Of a stretch of DNA of 20,144 bases, positions 7,843-16,899 are shown one piece after another. The position numbers and the translations under genes are program-made. The notes under the pieces are model-generated. The model had not been told where the DNA came from. It was given only the letters and a program-made list of their open reading frames with translations, and ran no database searches. This stretch comes from Lysobacterales bacterium (GTDB lineage Bacteria > Pseudomonadota > Gammaproteobacteria > Xanthomonadales > SZUA-5), in the NCBI GenBank assembly GCA_022844165.1, contig JALHMH010000056.1, forward strand, positions 1 through 20,144, read 5' to 3'. Every line of letters begins with the position of its first letter. The first letter of the stretch is position 1.

Positions 7843-9891
7843 TCAACTGCGCTTGCGCGAGCGCCAGAAGCGAATGACGAACAACAGCACGATCAGCGGT
7901 CCACCGATCAGCGCAATTCGCCCGGCGAGCGCGATCCACTGTGCGCGCATCTGCTGCTCGACTTTGGCAAAATCCGGCGCCGGGCACTGTTGGCCGAACT
8001 GCGCGCCCCAGGGCACAAATGCACCGTGATTCAAATAGCGCCTGTAAATCGGCGCTGCCGTCTCCGGTTCGCGCACCAGCACAAAGCTGGACGCAGTGCA
8101 CAATACGGCGGCATAGGCCTGACTGCGTTGCGGCAGACGATCCGCCGCCTGTTCGGCGTGACGTGCGGCGATGCCACGATAGTGGAACCGCATCAGCGGA
8201 TCGGCACGCGATAAGGCAACGCGGTTGCGTTCGGCATCGCTGGTGTGCGGTCCTTCAACCGCAAGATCCTGACGCTTGTCGACAATGAGATTGTAGTTTT
8301 CGTCGTATCGATAAGGACTATTCAGATCGTAGTTGCCGCCGTATTCGGCGTAATCGGGATCGCCTTCGAAACCAGCGATTTCAAGGCCACGCGCGCGCAT
8401 CAGTTCAGCTGCCCGGAACCACGCGCGAGCTTGCCCGACTTTCGTCCAGGCGCCGGTGGCGTCGAGCGCAGCAACGTACTCTTGAGCGGCTGCACGCAGT
8501 TCAGGATCGTCGAAGTAGGCGATCGCTTCGGCGCCCTGGCCGGTGCGCAGCAAACGCCGTGCGAGCAGCCAACGCGCCTGCTGCGCGGGCATGGGTGTGA
8601 TGCGGTCTTCGGGTGTTGCCACGGCCTGCGGCGCGACGCGGTCGACGAAGGCGCGCAACTCAGCGACTGTGACCACACGTTCGGCCACGTAGGCGAAGTC
8701 CGTCCAGTGGCGTTCCGCACCGGCGTACAGCAGCTCTAACGCTTGCAGGAACTCGCCGCGTCCGAGCGCCAGCGTACCCGCCTCGGCGGACACGCGGCAG
8801 CGGACCGCGAGCCCTTCATCATCGCCGAACGGATTGCTGTCGACCCAGGTCTCGTCGGCTGGGAAACTGCGGGCCGCTTTGGCGTAGTCGCCAATGGCGT
8901 CGTCCAGGCGGCCTTGTTTCACCGCGAGTTTGGCGCGCACCCAGGCAGCCAGCGGGGTATCGCCTGCGGCGAACCTGGCGGCGCGCGCATCGTCGCCACC
9001 GCGGTACAGCACCGCCGCGAGGCGATCCGCATCGGGCACGTCGTTCACCGGCAGCGCGGCGAGGCGATCGAGCAACTCGACGTTGGCCAGTTCAGCATCG
9101 CGCGCAAACAGATAACCCACCAATATCCGGCGCCCCAGATCGTCCTGCAGGGCCGCGTCCGCCAGCGCCGGTGTCCGCGAGATCTGGCGTGCGACCATGA
9201 GTAACGAGGCTTGCCCTGAGCGCGAACCCAGCGCTGCCTGTTCGGCATACAGTTTCAGTGCGGTTGGCAGGTCGCCGCGATGCCATTCGCCACGCGCTTG
9301 CTCACCAAAACTTGCGAGCGCCAAACCGAGCGGATCGTCACCACCGGTGGTCGCGAAGTCGCGGGTTTGTTCGAAAGCGTTGCGCGCCGCGTCGATATCG
9401 TTCGATTGAACGGCAATGCGGCCGAGCATGTACGCCGCCCAGATCCCGCGCTTTCGGCGTTCTTCCGCAGGCAGCGCCACGACCCTTGCGAATCGCGACT
9501 GGGCTCGATCCCAAGCGCCGATGTGGTAGTCCACTGCACCGGCGGTGTACTCCCGTAGCTCAAGGGAAAGATCGGCCCCAAGCGCCCACGCGGCCTCGCC
9601 ATCGGCTGCGGCGCGCATGCGCGCCAGTGCTTGCGCTGCGTCCACCGACAACCCGGCGATCTCTGCTGCCTGTCGCGCCTCCAGCGGATCCGCCCAAGGA
9701 TCCGCGTCGGCGACCACGAAGCGAGTCTTGGGTATCGCCCAGCGTTTGCTCTCGAAGGCAAAGATCCCTTCAGGCATTTCCAGCAATGTGTGACTGCGTT
9801 GCGCAAGCAGCGCGACCGGGAAGTCGGGACCGCAGGCATGCACTTGGGCGCAGCCCAGGGCTACAGCGACAATCAGACTCAGATGGCGCAT
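7843..9891 (-). CDS. Exported helical-repeat (TPR-like) hypothetical protein with C-terminal membrane anchor
   Basis: From ATG 9891: signal-peptide-like MRHLSLIVAVALGCAQVHA followed by CGPDFP. TPR-like segments include WAAYMLGRIA...DAARNAFEQ and AKLAVKQGRLDDAIGDYAKA. The C-terminal hydrophobic helix IALIGGPLIVLLFVI is followed by the basic tail RFWRSRKRS. Confidence 0.75.
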   Translation of the reverse strand: MRHLSLIVAVALGCAQVHACGPDFPVALLAQRSHTLLEMPEGIFAFESKRWAIPKTRFVVADADPWADPLEARQAAEIAGLSVDAAQALARMRAAADGEAAWALGADLSLELREYTAGAVDYHIGAWDRAQSRFARVVALPAEERRKRGIWAAYMLGRIAVQSNDIDAARNAFEQTRDFATTGGDDPLGLALASFGEQARGEWHRGDLPTALKLYAEQAALGSRSGQASLLMVARQISRTPALADAALQDDLGRRILVGYLFARDAELANVELLDRLAALPVNDVPDADRLAAVLYRGGDDARAARFAAGDTPLAAWVRAKLAVKQGRLDDAIGDYAKAARSFPADETWVDSNPFGDDEGLAVRCRVSAEAGTLALGRGEFLQALELLYAGAERHWTDFAYVAERVVTVAELRAFVDRVAPQAVATPEDRITPMPAQQARWLLARRLLRTGQGAEAIAYFDDPELRAAAQEYVAALDATGAWTKVGQARAWFRAAELMRARGLEIAGFEGDPDYAEYGGNYDLNSPYRYDENYNLIVDKRQDLAVEGPHTSDAERNRVALSRADPLMRFHYRGIAARHAEQAADRLPQRSQAYAAVLCTASSFVLVREPETAAPIYRRYLNHGAFVPWGAQFGQQCPAPDFAKVEQQMRAQWIALAGRIALIGGPLIVLLFVIRFWRSRKRS

Positions 9892-10168
9892 GCGATGCTC
9901 GGTGCAGAATGGCGCTGCCAAGCATGCCACGGGTGCCGGGGCCGTTGACCGGAAACGACGACACGCAGGCACTCGTCGTGTTTGCGCGCGACGAGCGATT
10001 TCGGTTTCGAATCTGACGGCCTTACCGCTTCCATTGCGCGCCGCGGTATTACTGTGGCTGGCACCAACTTCCGTTCTGGCCTACGTTGCTGGCCTCGGGT
10101 CTGGTCCGCGCAGCCTCGGGCGAGGGCGGCGGACCAGATCGACCATCGGTATCAGTGACAATCGGCGC

Positions 10169-11374
10169 TTAGCGCTTGCGCTTCAGGCCTGCCGCGTCCT
10201 TTAGAGCCTCGGCTTTGTCGGTTTTTTCCCAGGAGAACGCGGTGTGCGTGCCGTTTGCGGTCTTCACTTCAACTGGCTTGCGACCGAAGTGACCGTAGGC
10301 AGCGGTCGCCTGATACATCGGGTGGATCAGATCGAGCATCTTGACGATGCCGTACGGACGCAAGTCGAAGTGCGCGCGAATCAGCTTCTCGATCTCTGCA
10401 TCGCTGATTTTGCCGGTGCCGAACGTGGTGACAGAGATGCTGGTCGGTTGCGCAACACCGATCGCGTAGGACACCTGAATCTCACATTTGCTCGCCAGGC
10501 CCGCAGCGACGATGTTCTTGGCCACGTAGCGGCAGGCATAAGCCGCCGACCGGTCGACTTTGGAGGGATCCTTCCCGGAGAACGCGCCGCCGCCGTGGCG
10601 AGCCATGCCACCGTAGGTGTCGACGATGATCTTACGTCCCGTCAGACCGCAGTCGCCGACCGGTCCGCCGATCACGAACTTGCCCGTCGGGTTGATATGG
10701 AACTTTGTGTTCTTGCCGATCCACTTCGCGGGCAGAACCGGCTTGATGATGTGTTCCATCACCGCGTCCTTCAGGTCCTTGTGCTTGATATCCGGATCGT
10801 GCTGCGTCGACAGAACCACGGCATCGATACCGGCCACATTGCCGTTCTCATAGCGCAAAGTGACCTGGCTCTTTGCGTCGGGACGCAGCCACTTGAGCTC
10901 GGAGTTTTTCTTCTTGCGGACTTTGCTCTGTTGTTCAACCAGCCGGTGGCTATAAAAGATCGGCGCGGGCATCAACTCCGGGGTTTCATCGCAGGCATAT
11001 CCGAACATCAGGCCCTGGTCACCGGCACCCTGCTCTTCCGGATTCTTGCGATCGACACCCTGTGCGATATCCGGCGATTGTTTGCCGATCAGGTTCAAGA
11101 TGCCGCAGGTGGCGCCATCGAAGCCGACTTCGGAACTGTTGTAGCCCACATCGAGAATCACTTTGCGTGCCAGGGTCTCCAAGTCCACCCAGGCGCTCGT
11201 GGTGATTTCGCCGGCGACAATCGCCACCCCGGTCTTGACCATTGTCTCGCAGGCCACACGGGCCGTTTTGTCCTGCGCCAGGATCGCGTCGAGCACGGCA
11301 TCTGAAATCTGGTCGGCGAGTTTGTCCGGATGACCTTCGGAAACAGACTCGGACGTAAAGAGATAGGCGCTCAT
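10169..11374 (-). CDS. metK: S-adenosylmethionine synthetase
   Basis: Motifs [40 protein letters not shown] and [25 protein letters not shown] precedes ATG 11374. Confidence 0.98.
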   Translation of the reverse strand: MSAYLFTSESVSEGHPDKLADQISDAVLDAILAQDKTARVACETMVKTGVAIVAGEITTSAWVDLETLARKVILDVGYNSSEVGFDGATCGILNLIGKQSPDIAQGVDRKNPEEQGAGDQGLMFGYACDETPELMPAPIFYSHRLVEQQSKVRKKKNSELKWLRPDAKSQVTLRYENGNVAGIDAVVLSTQHDPDIKHKDLKDAVMEHIIKPVLPAKWIGKNTKFHINPTGKFVIGGPVGDCGLTGRKIIVDTYGGMARHGGGAFSGKDPSKVDRSAAYACRYVAKNIVAAGLASKCEIQVSYAIGVAQPTSISVTTFGTGKISDAEIEKLIRAHFDLRPYGIVKMLDLIHPMYQATAAYGHFGRKPVEVKTANGTHTAFSWEKTDKAEALKDAAGLKRKR

Positions 11375-11406
11375 CAGCAATCCTCTAATGGTGGCAGGCG
11401 ATGGAA

Positions 11407-11420
11407 GGGCGCGGATCATA
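11407..11420 (-). promoter_or_regulatory. Possible sigma70 -10 element for metK with GC-rich discriminator
   Basis: TATGAT (11420-11415) followed by CCGCGCCC, about 40 bp upstream of the metK start. No convincing -35 element. Confidence 0.35.
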
Positions 11421-11518
11421 CGCGCGCTTTGTGGCGGCTGTGTTGTTTCGGACGTCTTTACGGCCGAGCTTGTTCAGGAAATCGATCGCGTGACGGCATC
11501 GATGATGAATCGCCGGGC

Positions 11519-11546
11519 AAAAAAAAACCCGGCGCGAGCCGGGTTT
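11519..11546 (-). terminator. Rho-independent terminator of the rpsF-rpsR-rplI operon
   Basis: On the - strand: AAACCCGGC-TCGC-GCCGGG followed by 9 T, 23 bp after the rplI stop. Confidence 0.92.
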
Positions 11547-11569
11547 CTTATGACCGCATGATGCGCAGA

Positions 11570-12019
11570 TCAGTTCTCGGCCTGCACCGCGACCTTGACC
11601 ATCGCATGCACATCGGCGTGCAGCGCAACTTCGATGGCGAACTCGCCGATCCGGCGAATCGGGCCTTCGCCCATGATCACCTCGGATTTTTCGAGCGGCA
11701 TGCCAGCTGCAGTGAAAGCATCGGCAATATCGCGCGGACCTACCGAACCGTATAGCTTGCCTTCGGTCGAGGCGTTGGCTTTGATCGTCACCATCGCGCC
11801 TTCGAGCTTCGCTTTGCGTGCACCAGCGGCCGTCAGCATCTCGCCCGCACGCGCTTCGAACTCCGCGCGGCGTTTTTCGAAGTCCGCCAAATTGGCGGCG
11901 GTGGCCGGAACGGCCTTGCCGTAAGGCACCAGGAAGTTACGGCTATAACCGGGCTTGACACGCACCTTGTCGCCCAGATTGCCGAGATTCTTGACCTTCT
12001 GAATCAAAATCACGTCCAT
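11570..12019 (-). CDS. rplI: 50S ribosomal protein L9
   Basis: [36 protein letters not shown]...EGKLYGSVG; 149 aa; RBS GGAG. Confidence 0.98.
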   Translation of the reverse strand: MDVILIQKVKNLGNLGDKVRVKPGYSRNFLVPYGKAVPATAANLADFEKRRAEFEARAGEMLTAAGARKAKLEGAMVTIKANASTEGKLYGSVGPRDIADAFTAAGMPLEKSEVIMGEGPIRRIGEFAIEVALHADVHAMVKVAVQAEN

Positions 12020-12032
12020 GTTGGCGCTCCGG

Positions 12033-12302
12033 TCAGTGGCTGTCGGTGTACGGGATCAGCGCCAAAAAGCGAGCGCGTTTGATCGCGTCGGCCAACTGGC
12101 GTTGGAAACGTGCACGCGTGCCGGTGATGCGGCTCGGGACGATCTTGCCGGTCTCGGACACGTACTGACGCAGCGTGTTGAGATCCTTGTAATCGATGTC
12201 CTTAATGCCTTCGGCCGTAAACTTGCAAAATTTCTTGCGGCGGAAGAAGCGCGACGCATTCGCGCCTGCGGCGCCTTTGGGTTTTTTGCTCTTCGGTTTC
12301 AT
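12033..12302 (-). CDS. rpsR: 30S ribosomal protein S18 with N-terminal extension
   Basis: [23 protein letters not shown]...[11 protein letters not shown]...[27 protein letters not shown]; the ATG overlaps the rpsF stop. Confidence 0.97.
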   Translation of the reverse strand: MKPKSKKPKGAAGANASRFFRRKKFCKFTAEGIKDIDYKDLNTLRQYVSETGKIVPSRITGTRARFQRQLADAIKRARFLALIPYTDSH

Positions 12303-12703
12303 ACGCGGGCCTCCACAGGCTCATCTGCATCGCCAGTGCCGATCGCTTCGGAACCCTCATCGTCGCGACGGCGTGGCTTCTCGTCCTTGGTCTTCATGAT
12401 CAAGCTCATTTCGGTGGCCGCCTCGCGCATCTGGAGAATCAGATGGCGCAACACGGCGTCGTTGAAGCGGAATGCGTCCTGCAGTTCCTTCAACGCAGCA
12501 CCAGAACACTCGACATTCATGAGAATGTAGTGGGCCTTCAACAGGCGCTCGATCGGGTATGCCAACTGGCGTCGGCCCCAATCTTCTAATCGGTGGATTT
12601 TGCCGCCGTCGGTTTCGATCATCGCGCGATAGCGCTCGATCATGGCGGGCACTTGCTCGCTCTGGTCAGGGTGGACCAGAAACACCACTTCGTAATGACG
12701 CAT
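12299..12703 (-). CDS. rpsF: 30S ribosomal protein S6
   Basis: [25 protein letters not shown]...[12 protein letters not shown]...FRFNDAVLR with an acidic tail. RBS GAGG precedes ATG 12703. Confidence 0.98.
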   Translation of the reverse strand: MRHYEVVFLVHPDQSEQVPAMIERYRAMIETDGGKIHRLEDWGRRQLAYPIERLLKAHYILMNVECSGAALKELQDAFRFNDAVLRHLILQMREAATEMSLIMKTKDEKPRRRDDEGSEAIGTGDADEPVEARV

Positions 12704-12709
12704 GGTTTT

Positions 12710-12752
12710 CCTCATGGGGTCATGCTTCCGGGTCGCTGCCCGTGAAGCGAGG
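12710..12752 (-). promoter_or_regulatory. S6:S18 autoregulatory mRNA leader
   Basis: - strand CCTC-GCTTC-A-CGGG-cagcga-CCCG-GAAGC-atgaccccat-GAGG. CCTC pairs with the Shine-Dalgarno GAGG, GCTTC/GAAGC forms a stem, and an unpaired CC-rich loop lies between them. This matches the described S6:S18-binding leader layout upstream of rpsF. Confidence 0.75.
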
Positions 12753-12785
12753 TCGCCATCTGGCGTTGGGCCAAATGGGCCGCGG

Positions 12786-12814
12786 AGCATAGCCGCGCAA
12801 CGTCCTTGCGGCAA
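12786..12814 (-). promoter_or_regulatory. sigma70 promoter of the rpsF operon
   Basis: TTGCCG (12814-12809), 17-bp spacer, TATGCT (12791-12786), followed by the GC-rich discriminator CCGCGGCCC typical of stringently controlled promoters. Confidence 0.7.
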
Positions 12815-12883
12815 ATGCGTAGCGCAAGGCTGTTCAGCTACGCGGACGGCACAATTCGACAGGCGCGGTTCTTTGCACGATCG

Positions 12884-15586
12884 TCAAAGCTGCAACGCTG
12901 CCAGGGCGCGCGCTTGCACATTCCGCATTTCTGCCAGCGCCTCCTCGGAAATGTGGCCCTGCTGTTGCGCGCTGGCAACGGCGCTCTTCAGTCGCCAATA
13001 GTCTTCTCGCTGGGCGCGGGATGAGACCAATAACTGCGCCGCCAGGGCCAATCGCCCTTGACCCCACAGGCGTTGCGCCAGAACCAGACGTCTTTGCGGC
13101 CGTTCGCCTGCCAGACGCTCCATGTCCCGCCAATGGCCTGTGCGTGTGGACCCATCCGGCTGCTGCAGCGCTTCGATCCACCTGCGGGTTTCCAGTAGCG
13201 TTCGCGCAGCATCAGCGTTGCCAATCAACGCCGGCTCCATGCGCAGTGTCAGTGCGTGTGCATGCGTCAGCGCATCGGTTTGTCTCCCGACAAAATGCCC
13301 GATAGCCACGAGCCTCTCGATCGATTCCAAGGCCTTGACCAGGTTGTTTTGCTGCAAAAATCTCAGTGTCAGTGCCTGCATCCTGCCGATGCACTGATCA
13401 GCATCGATCCGGCAGCGGCTTTGTACGATCTGCAGTTCGGCCCTGGCGGCCAGATCGGGGCGAGTCAGCTTATCGGCGTCCGCCAAGGCGTGTTCGCCGA
13501 TGCTGATGGCTTGCTCATGCAGTCCGATAGCGCTCAGTTTTGCCGCAACGTTGATCATCGATGACAGCGCTGCGACCGGATCGCCCAGTTGTTGCCGCAA
13601 TCGCTGCGCACGTGCGGAGAGCTCAATCGTCAGCACCGCATCGTCTCGCGCGTCGGCAATCGCCGCGAGGTTGTGGACCGTTGCCGCTTCTATCCCGGGA
13701 TTGACGCCGCCCTCGCTACGCTCCAGCAACGTGCGCCAAACCTGCTCGGCCTGCGCGATTTCGCCTTTGCGATACAGCGCCATCCCACGGTTCTGCAAAA
13801 TCAGAAAGTGGTTGCGTTGGTTAGGAAACGTCTTGAGCTGTTGTTCCGCTCGCGTCAGATTCTCGAGCGCGGAATCGAAGCGCGCCAAGTCGATTTCCGC
13901 CAATGCGATATTGATATATGCCGGCACCGGAGAGACCGCGGGTGTTGCGGACGCCGACTGTACGATCGCCTGCCGGTTGGATGCGATCGCGTCCAGCGGG
14001 CGTGCCGTCCTGGTTTGCAGCACGCCCAAGGACAGCAGCGCCGAGCTGCGCAATGCAGGTTCCAGTCGGTCGCCCTCCAACAACGCCAGCAACCGCCGTT
14101 CGGAACGCTCGATTTCACCGATATCGAGTTCGGCGCGTGCCAACAGGACTCCCACGCGGTCCGACGGATACTGCTCGTATTGCTCGACCAGTTCGGCATG
14201 CGCGATGGCGGGTTTGCCTTCGATGCTTGCCACGCGTGCGCGCCACATTCGCGCGGTGGACGCGTCGATCGCGTCCAGGTCGACGCCGCTTAACAAGCGC
14301 TTCGCGGTGTCGGTTTCCCCGAGCCGAAGTTGAATCTCGACCAGCAGACCGATCAATTCCTGGCGAACATCCTGATGCAGGCTTCGGTCCGACTGGATTC
14401 GCGCGACGCCGGATTGGATCAACTCCCTGGCAGTCAAGTCGGGATCGGTACCCCGCGTCGGATCACCATCTTGAAACAGGCTGAGCAAGTAGTTCCTGGT
14501 GGCCTCGGAGCGCTCGGCCTGCGCGCGCGCGATGTCGCGTTGCGATTGTAGTTGAGCGTTGAACCAGACCAGCCCGGCCATGGCCAACACAGCGAGTGTC
14601 GCGCCCGTGGCGCTCGTCCAGGGATGCCGGCGTACCGCACAACGTAGGCTGTACATCAAGCCACTGCCCATCGCTTGCACCGGCAGATTGTCTTGCCAGC
14701 GCCGCAGATCGGCACTGAAGTCAGCCACCGAGCCGTAGCGCGACTCTGGCGACGGCGCGCAAGATTTCGCGACGATCGCCCTGAGTTCTGTGCGGCGTGG
14801 TTCGCCCACGCCGACCGATTTGTCTTTGCCAATGCTCAAGGCCATCGCGAGCAGGCGTCCGAGTTGAAACTGATCGGAAGCGGGTCCACAGGGCGCGAGC
14901 GACAGTTGCTCGGGACTTGCCCACGCCGGCGAATAGGCCTGCGCCACGGATCCGTCCGAAAGACCGGCAATGCCGAAGTCCAGCAGTTTTGCCATACCGT
15001 TGCGGTCGATCAGAACGTTGCTGGGTTTGACGTCGCGGTGAACCAACAAGCGCCCGTGGGCCGCGCTCAACGCGCTGGCAATCTGCTGCACGATCGCCAA
15101 CGTGGTCGGCAGATCCGGCTGAACTTGTGCCAGGTATTCGTCGAAGTGCCGGCCATCGATCATCTCCATCGCAAACCACGATAACAACAAGCACGTGGTC
15201 GGTTGCGCCACATCTGGTTCTGCGTGACCCCGCTGGTCGACCGGAAGCTCGGTGCTTCCCGCGTCCAGGAACAGCGCAATGTGCGGGTGCTTGAGTTCGG
15301 ACAACACCTGGCGTTCCCGGCGAAACGAGGCGAGCAGCGTTTCATTGCCGGTATTGGCGATGCACTTGATCGCTACCTGCTGATGGAACTCGCCGTCGAC
15401 GCGCTCCGCCAGATAGACAACGCCCATCCCGCCCCGCCCGATTTCCGAACGAATCGCAAAAGGGCCGAGGCGAAAGCCCGCTGGCAGTCGCAGCGGGGGT
15501 TCTGCCTGCGCCAACATGCTGCGAAAGAGCGCTCCTCCGAGCAGAGTGCCGGGCTCCAACAGCTTCAGGACTTCGTCGGGACGCAT
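12884..15586 (-). CDS. Membrane-bound Hanks-type Ser/Thr protein kinase with extracytoplasmic TPR region
   Basis: Motifs IGRGGMGVVYLA, VAIK, FRRERQVL, HRDVKPSN, LLDFGIA and ASPEQ, then TM segment ATLAVLAMAGLVWF and TPR-like repeats. The start is uncertain; ATG 15586 was chosen because the longer ORF overlaps the sigma gene. Confidence 0.9.
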   Translation of the reverse strand: MRPDEVLKLLEPGTLLGGALFRSMLAQAEPPLRLPAGFRLGPFAIRSEIGRGGMGVVYLAERVDGEFHQQVAIKCIANTGNETLLASFRRERQVLSELKHPHIALFLDAGSTELPVDQRGHAEPDVAQPTTCLLLSWFAMEMIDGRHFDEYLAQVQPDLPTTLAIVQQIASALSAAHGRLLVHRDVKPSNVLIDRNGMAKLLDFGIAGLSDGSVAQAYSPAWASPEQLSLAPCGPASDQFQLGRLLAMALSIGKDKSVGVGEPRRTELRAIVAKSCAPSPESRYGSVADFSADLRRWQDNLPVQAMGSGLMYSLRCAVRRHPWTSATGATLAVLAMAGLVWFNAQLQSQRDIARAQAERSEATRNYLLSLFQDGDPTRGTDPDLTARELIQSGVARIQSDRSLHQDVRQELIGLLVEIQLRLGETDTAKRLLSGVDLDAIDASTARMWRARVASIEGKPAIAHAELVEQYEQYPSDRVGVLLARAELDIGEIERSERRLLALLEGDRLEPALRSSALLSLGVLQTRTARPLDAIASNRQAIVQSASATPAVSPVPAYINIALAEIDLARFDSALENLTRAEQQLKTFPNQRNHFLILQNRGMALYRKGEIAQAEQVWRTLLERSEGGVNPGIEAATVHNLAAIADARDDAVLTIELSARAQRLRQQLGDPVAALSSMINVAAKLSAIGLHEQAISIGEHALADADKLTRPDLAARAELQIVQSRCRIDADQCIGRMQALTLRFLQQNNLVKALESIERLVAIGHFVGRQTDALTHAHALTLRMEPALIGNADAARTLLETRRWIEALQQPDGSTRTGHWRDMERLAGERPQRRLVLAQRLWGQGRLALAAQLLVSSRAQREDYWRLKSAVASAQQQGHISEEALAEMRNVQARALAALQL

Positions 15587-15630
15587 CGATGCCAACTCGC
15601 TTGCAAGGCCTAAGACCGCAGACCCGGTTC

Positions 15631-16200
15631 TTAGGGTGAGTCCGCCAACAGCTGTGCCAGCCGCAACTTGGCGTTGGCCTGGATGCGCTGCATGCTGCGC
15701 AATGGCAGGTTCAGTGCGAGCGCAGTTTCTTCGTCGGTCATGCCCGAGAACAAGCGACATTCGATCACTCGAACCGCGATGGCGTCCGTTTGCGCCAATT
15801 GCTCCAATGCCGTGTTTAGCGCGATCAGTTGTTCTGCTTCCTCGTTGGCTTGCTGCTCAAACGATGCCTGCGCATCGGCGCTCGCCAGCGTGGTCTGTTG
15901 CATCAGCCCGCCGCGCTTTTGCGCTACCCGGTCTCGAGCGTGGTTAAGCATCAACTGCCGCATCGCACGCGCGGCGAGCGCCAGAAAGTGCTGTCGGTTG
16001 GTCACCGCCCCAGCGCCAGCGCGCTCCAGCCGCAGATAACATTCGTGAACGAGGCTCGTCGCGTTCAGGCTTTGATCGCTGCGGCCAAGCACACCGCGTG
16101 CGATGTGTTTCAGGTCGGCATACACCAGGGCGACCGCCTGATCCCACGCAGAACTATCGCCGTCGCGAGCGCGTTCGAGAAGCAGTGTGACATCGCCCAT
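15631..16200 (-). CDS. ECF sigma factor of the kinase-associated ECF43 / TIGR02999-like type
   Basis: MGDVTLLLERARDGD...VYADLKHIA...LNATSLVHECYLRL...RQHFLALAARAMRQLMLNHAR...KRGG...VIECRLFSGMTDEETALAL. It lies directly upstream of a Ser/Thr kinase gene. Confidence 0.9.
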   Translation of the reverse strand: MGDVTLLLERARDGDSSAWDQAVALVYADLKHIARGVLGRSDQSLNATSLVHECYLRLERAGAGAVTNRQHFLALAARAMRQLMLNHARDRVAQKRGGLMQQTTLASADAQASFEQQANEEAEQLIALNTALEQLAQTDAIAVRVIECRLFSGMTDEETALALNLPLRSMQRIQANAKLRLAQLLADSP

Positions 16201-16415
16201 GAGCCGTCGTCGTGTGCAGCGTGCTGTATCGAGTCTAGCAGGCTGTGAGAAACAGCCTGCGGGCGCGAACCATGGATGGTTCGCACATGGGTCGAGCACG
16301 TAAGTGCTTGATCCATGCAGAAGGCACGCAACTGAAGCGGGCCTTGAATGCCGTGACTCGACAACCCCAAGGCGTGCAGGCGTGCGAGCACGGCGTCGAA
16401 CTTTTGGGCGAGGGC

Positions 16416-16838
16416 TTAAAGCGGGATCTTTGACCGCAGCTCCTTGCGGACTACCAGCTTGAGCCCGGACCAGACGTCCGAGACCGCGCAGACTTTGATG
16501 TCAACATAGCCCAGCGGTAGCGCAACCTCTCGTATGGTGTCCTCGGTAATGTCCGTCGCTACCTTGGCCGACTTCTTAGGCCACGAGACCCACACTGGGA
16601 CGGTCTCTCCGAGTTTGGCTCTAAGGGACGTGAGCTGCTCCATCAGCGCGTGCCGCTCAGTGGCAAACAAATGAACCAGGGTTGTGGTCTTCAGCAGCGC
16701 GGTCCCCAGGCGCGCTCCCTCGGGCAGGTCACCCAATAGTGACCCGTATTCCGCAGGCCTGTTCAGAATGGCGACATCCGCCCCGGCGCCGATGCCGAGT
16801 TTCTTGACCAACGGAGTTCCTGAGTAACCGACGGGCAT
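16416..16838 (-). CDS. DUF3052-like protein
   Basis: MPVGYSGTPLVKKLGI...WVSWPKKSAKVATDITEDTIRE...GYVDIKVCAVSDVWSGLKLV; RBS AGGAG. Confidence 0.8.
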   Translation of the reverse strand: MPVGYSGTPLVKKLGIGAGADVAILNRPAEYGSLLGDLPEGARLGTALLKTTTLVHLFATERHALMEQLTSLRAKLGETVPVWVSWPKKSAKVATDITEDTIREVALPLGYVDIKVCAVSDVWSGLKLVVRKELRSKIPL

Positions 16839-16899
16839 GGCTTCTCCTATTGTGGTCTTTTGCTCAGCATGAGCACCAGGTGTGTCGCTCTGTCGGCGA

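Noticed and set aside
10244-11305. 353-aa ORF antisense to metK
   Set aside because: It is the mirror frame of a highly biased conserved gene and has no protein motifs.
10169-11374. Functional link between metK (SAM supply) and the R-M operon
   Set aside because: metK is a normal housekeeping copy 4 kb away on the opposite strand among core genes; proximity alone is not evidence.
11375-11518. SAM or SAH riboswitch upstream of metK
   Set aside because: No recognisable consensus by eye, and the likely leader is only about 35 nt.
12033-12703. Absence of priB or ssb between rpsF and rpsR
   Set aside because: This arrangement is normal in several gammaproteobacterial lineages, including Xanthomonadales and Pseudomonas.
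15587-15760. N-terminal extension of the kinase overlapping the sigma gene, or a sigma-kinase frameshift fusion
   Set aside because: The extension looks like off-frame sequence, the sigma ends normally after region 4, and no slippery site was seen.
16201-16415. Small ORFs or gene remnant between the sigma and DUF3052-like genes
   Set aside because: No RBS or motif support; most likely a promoter region that could not be resolved.
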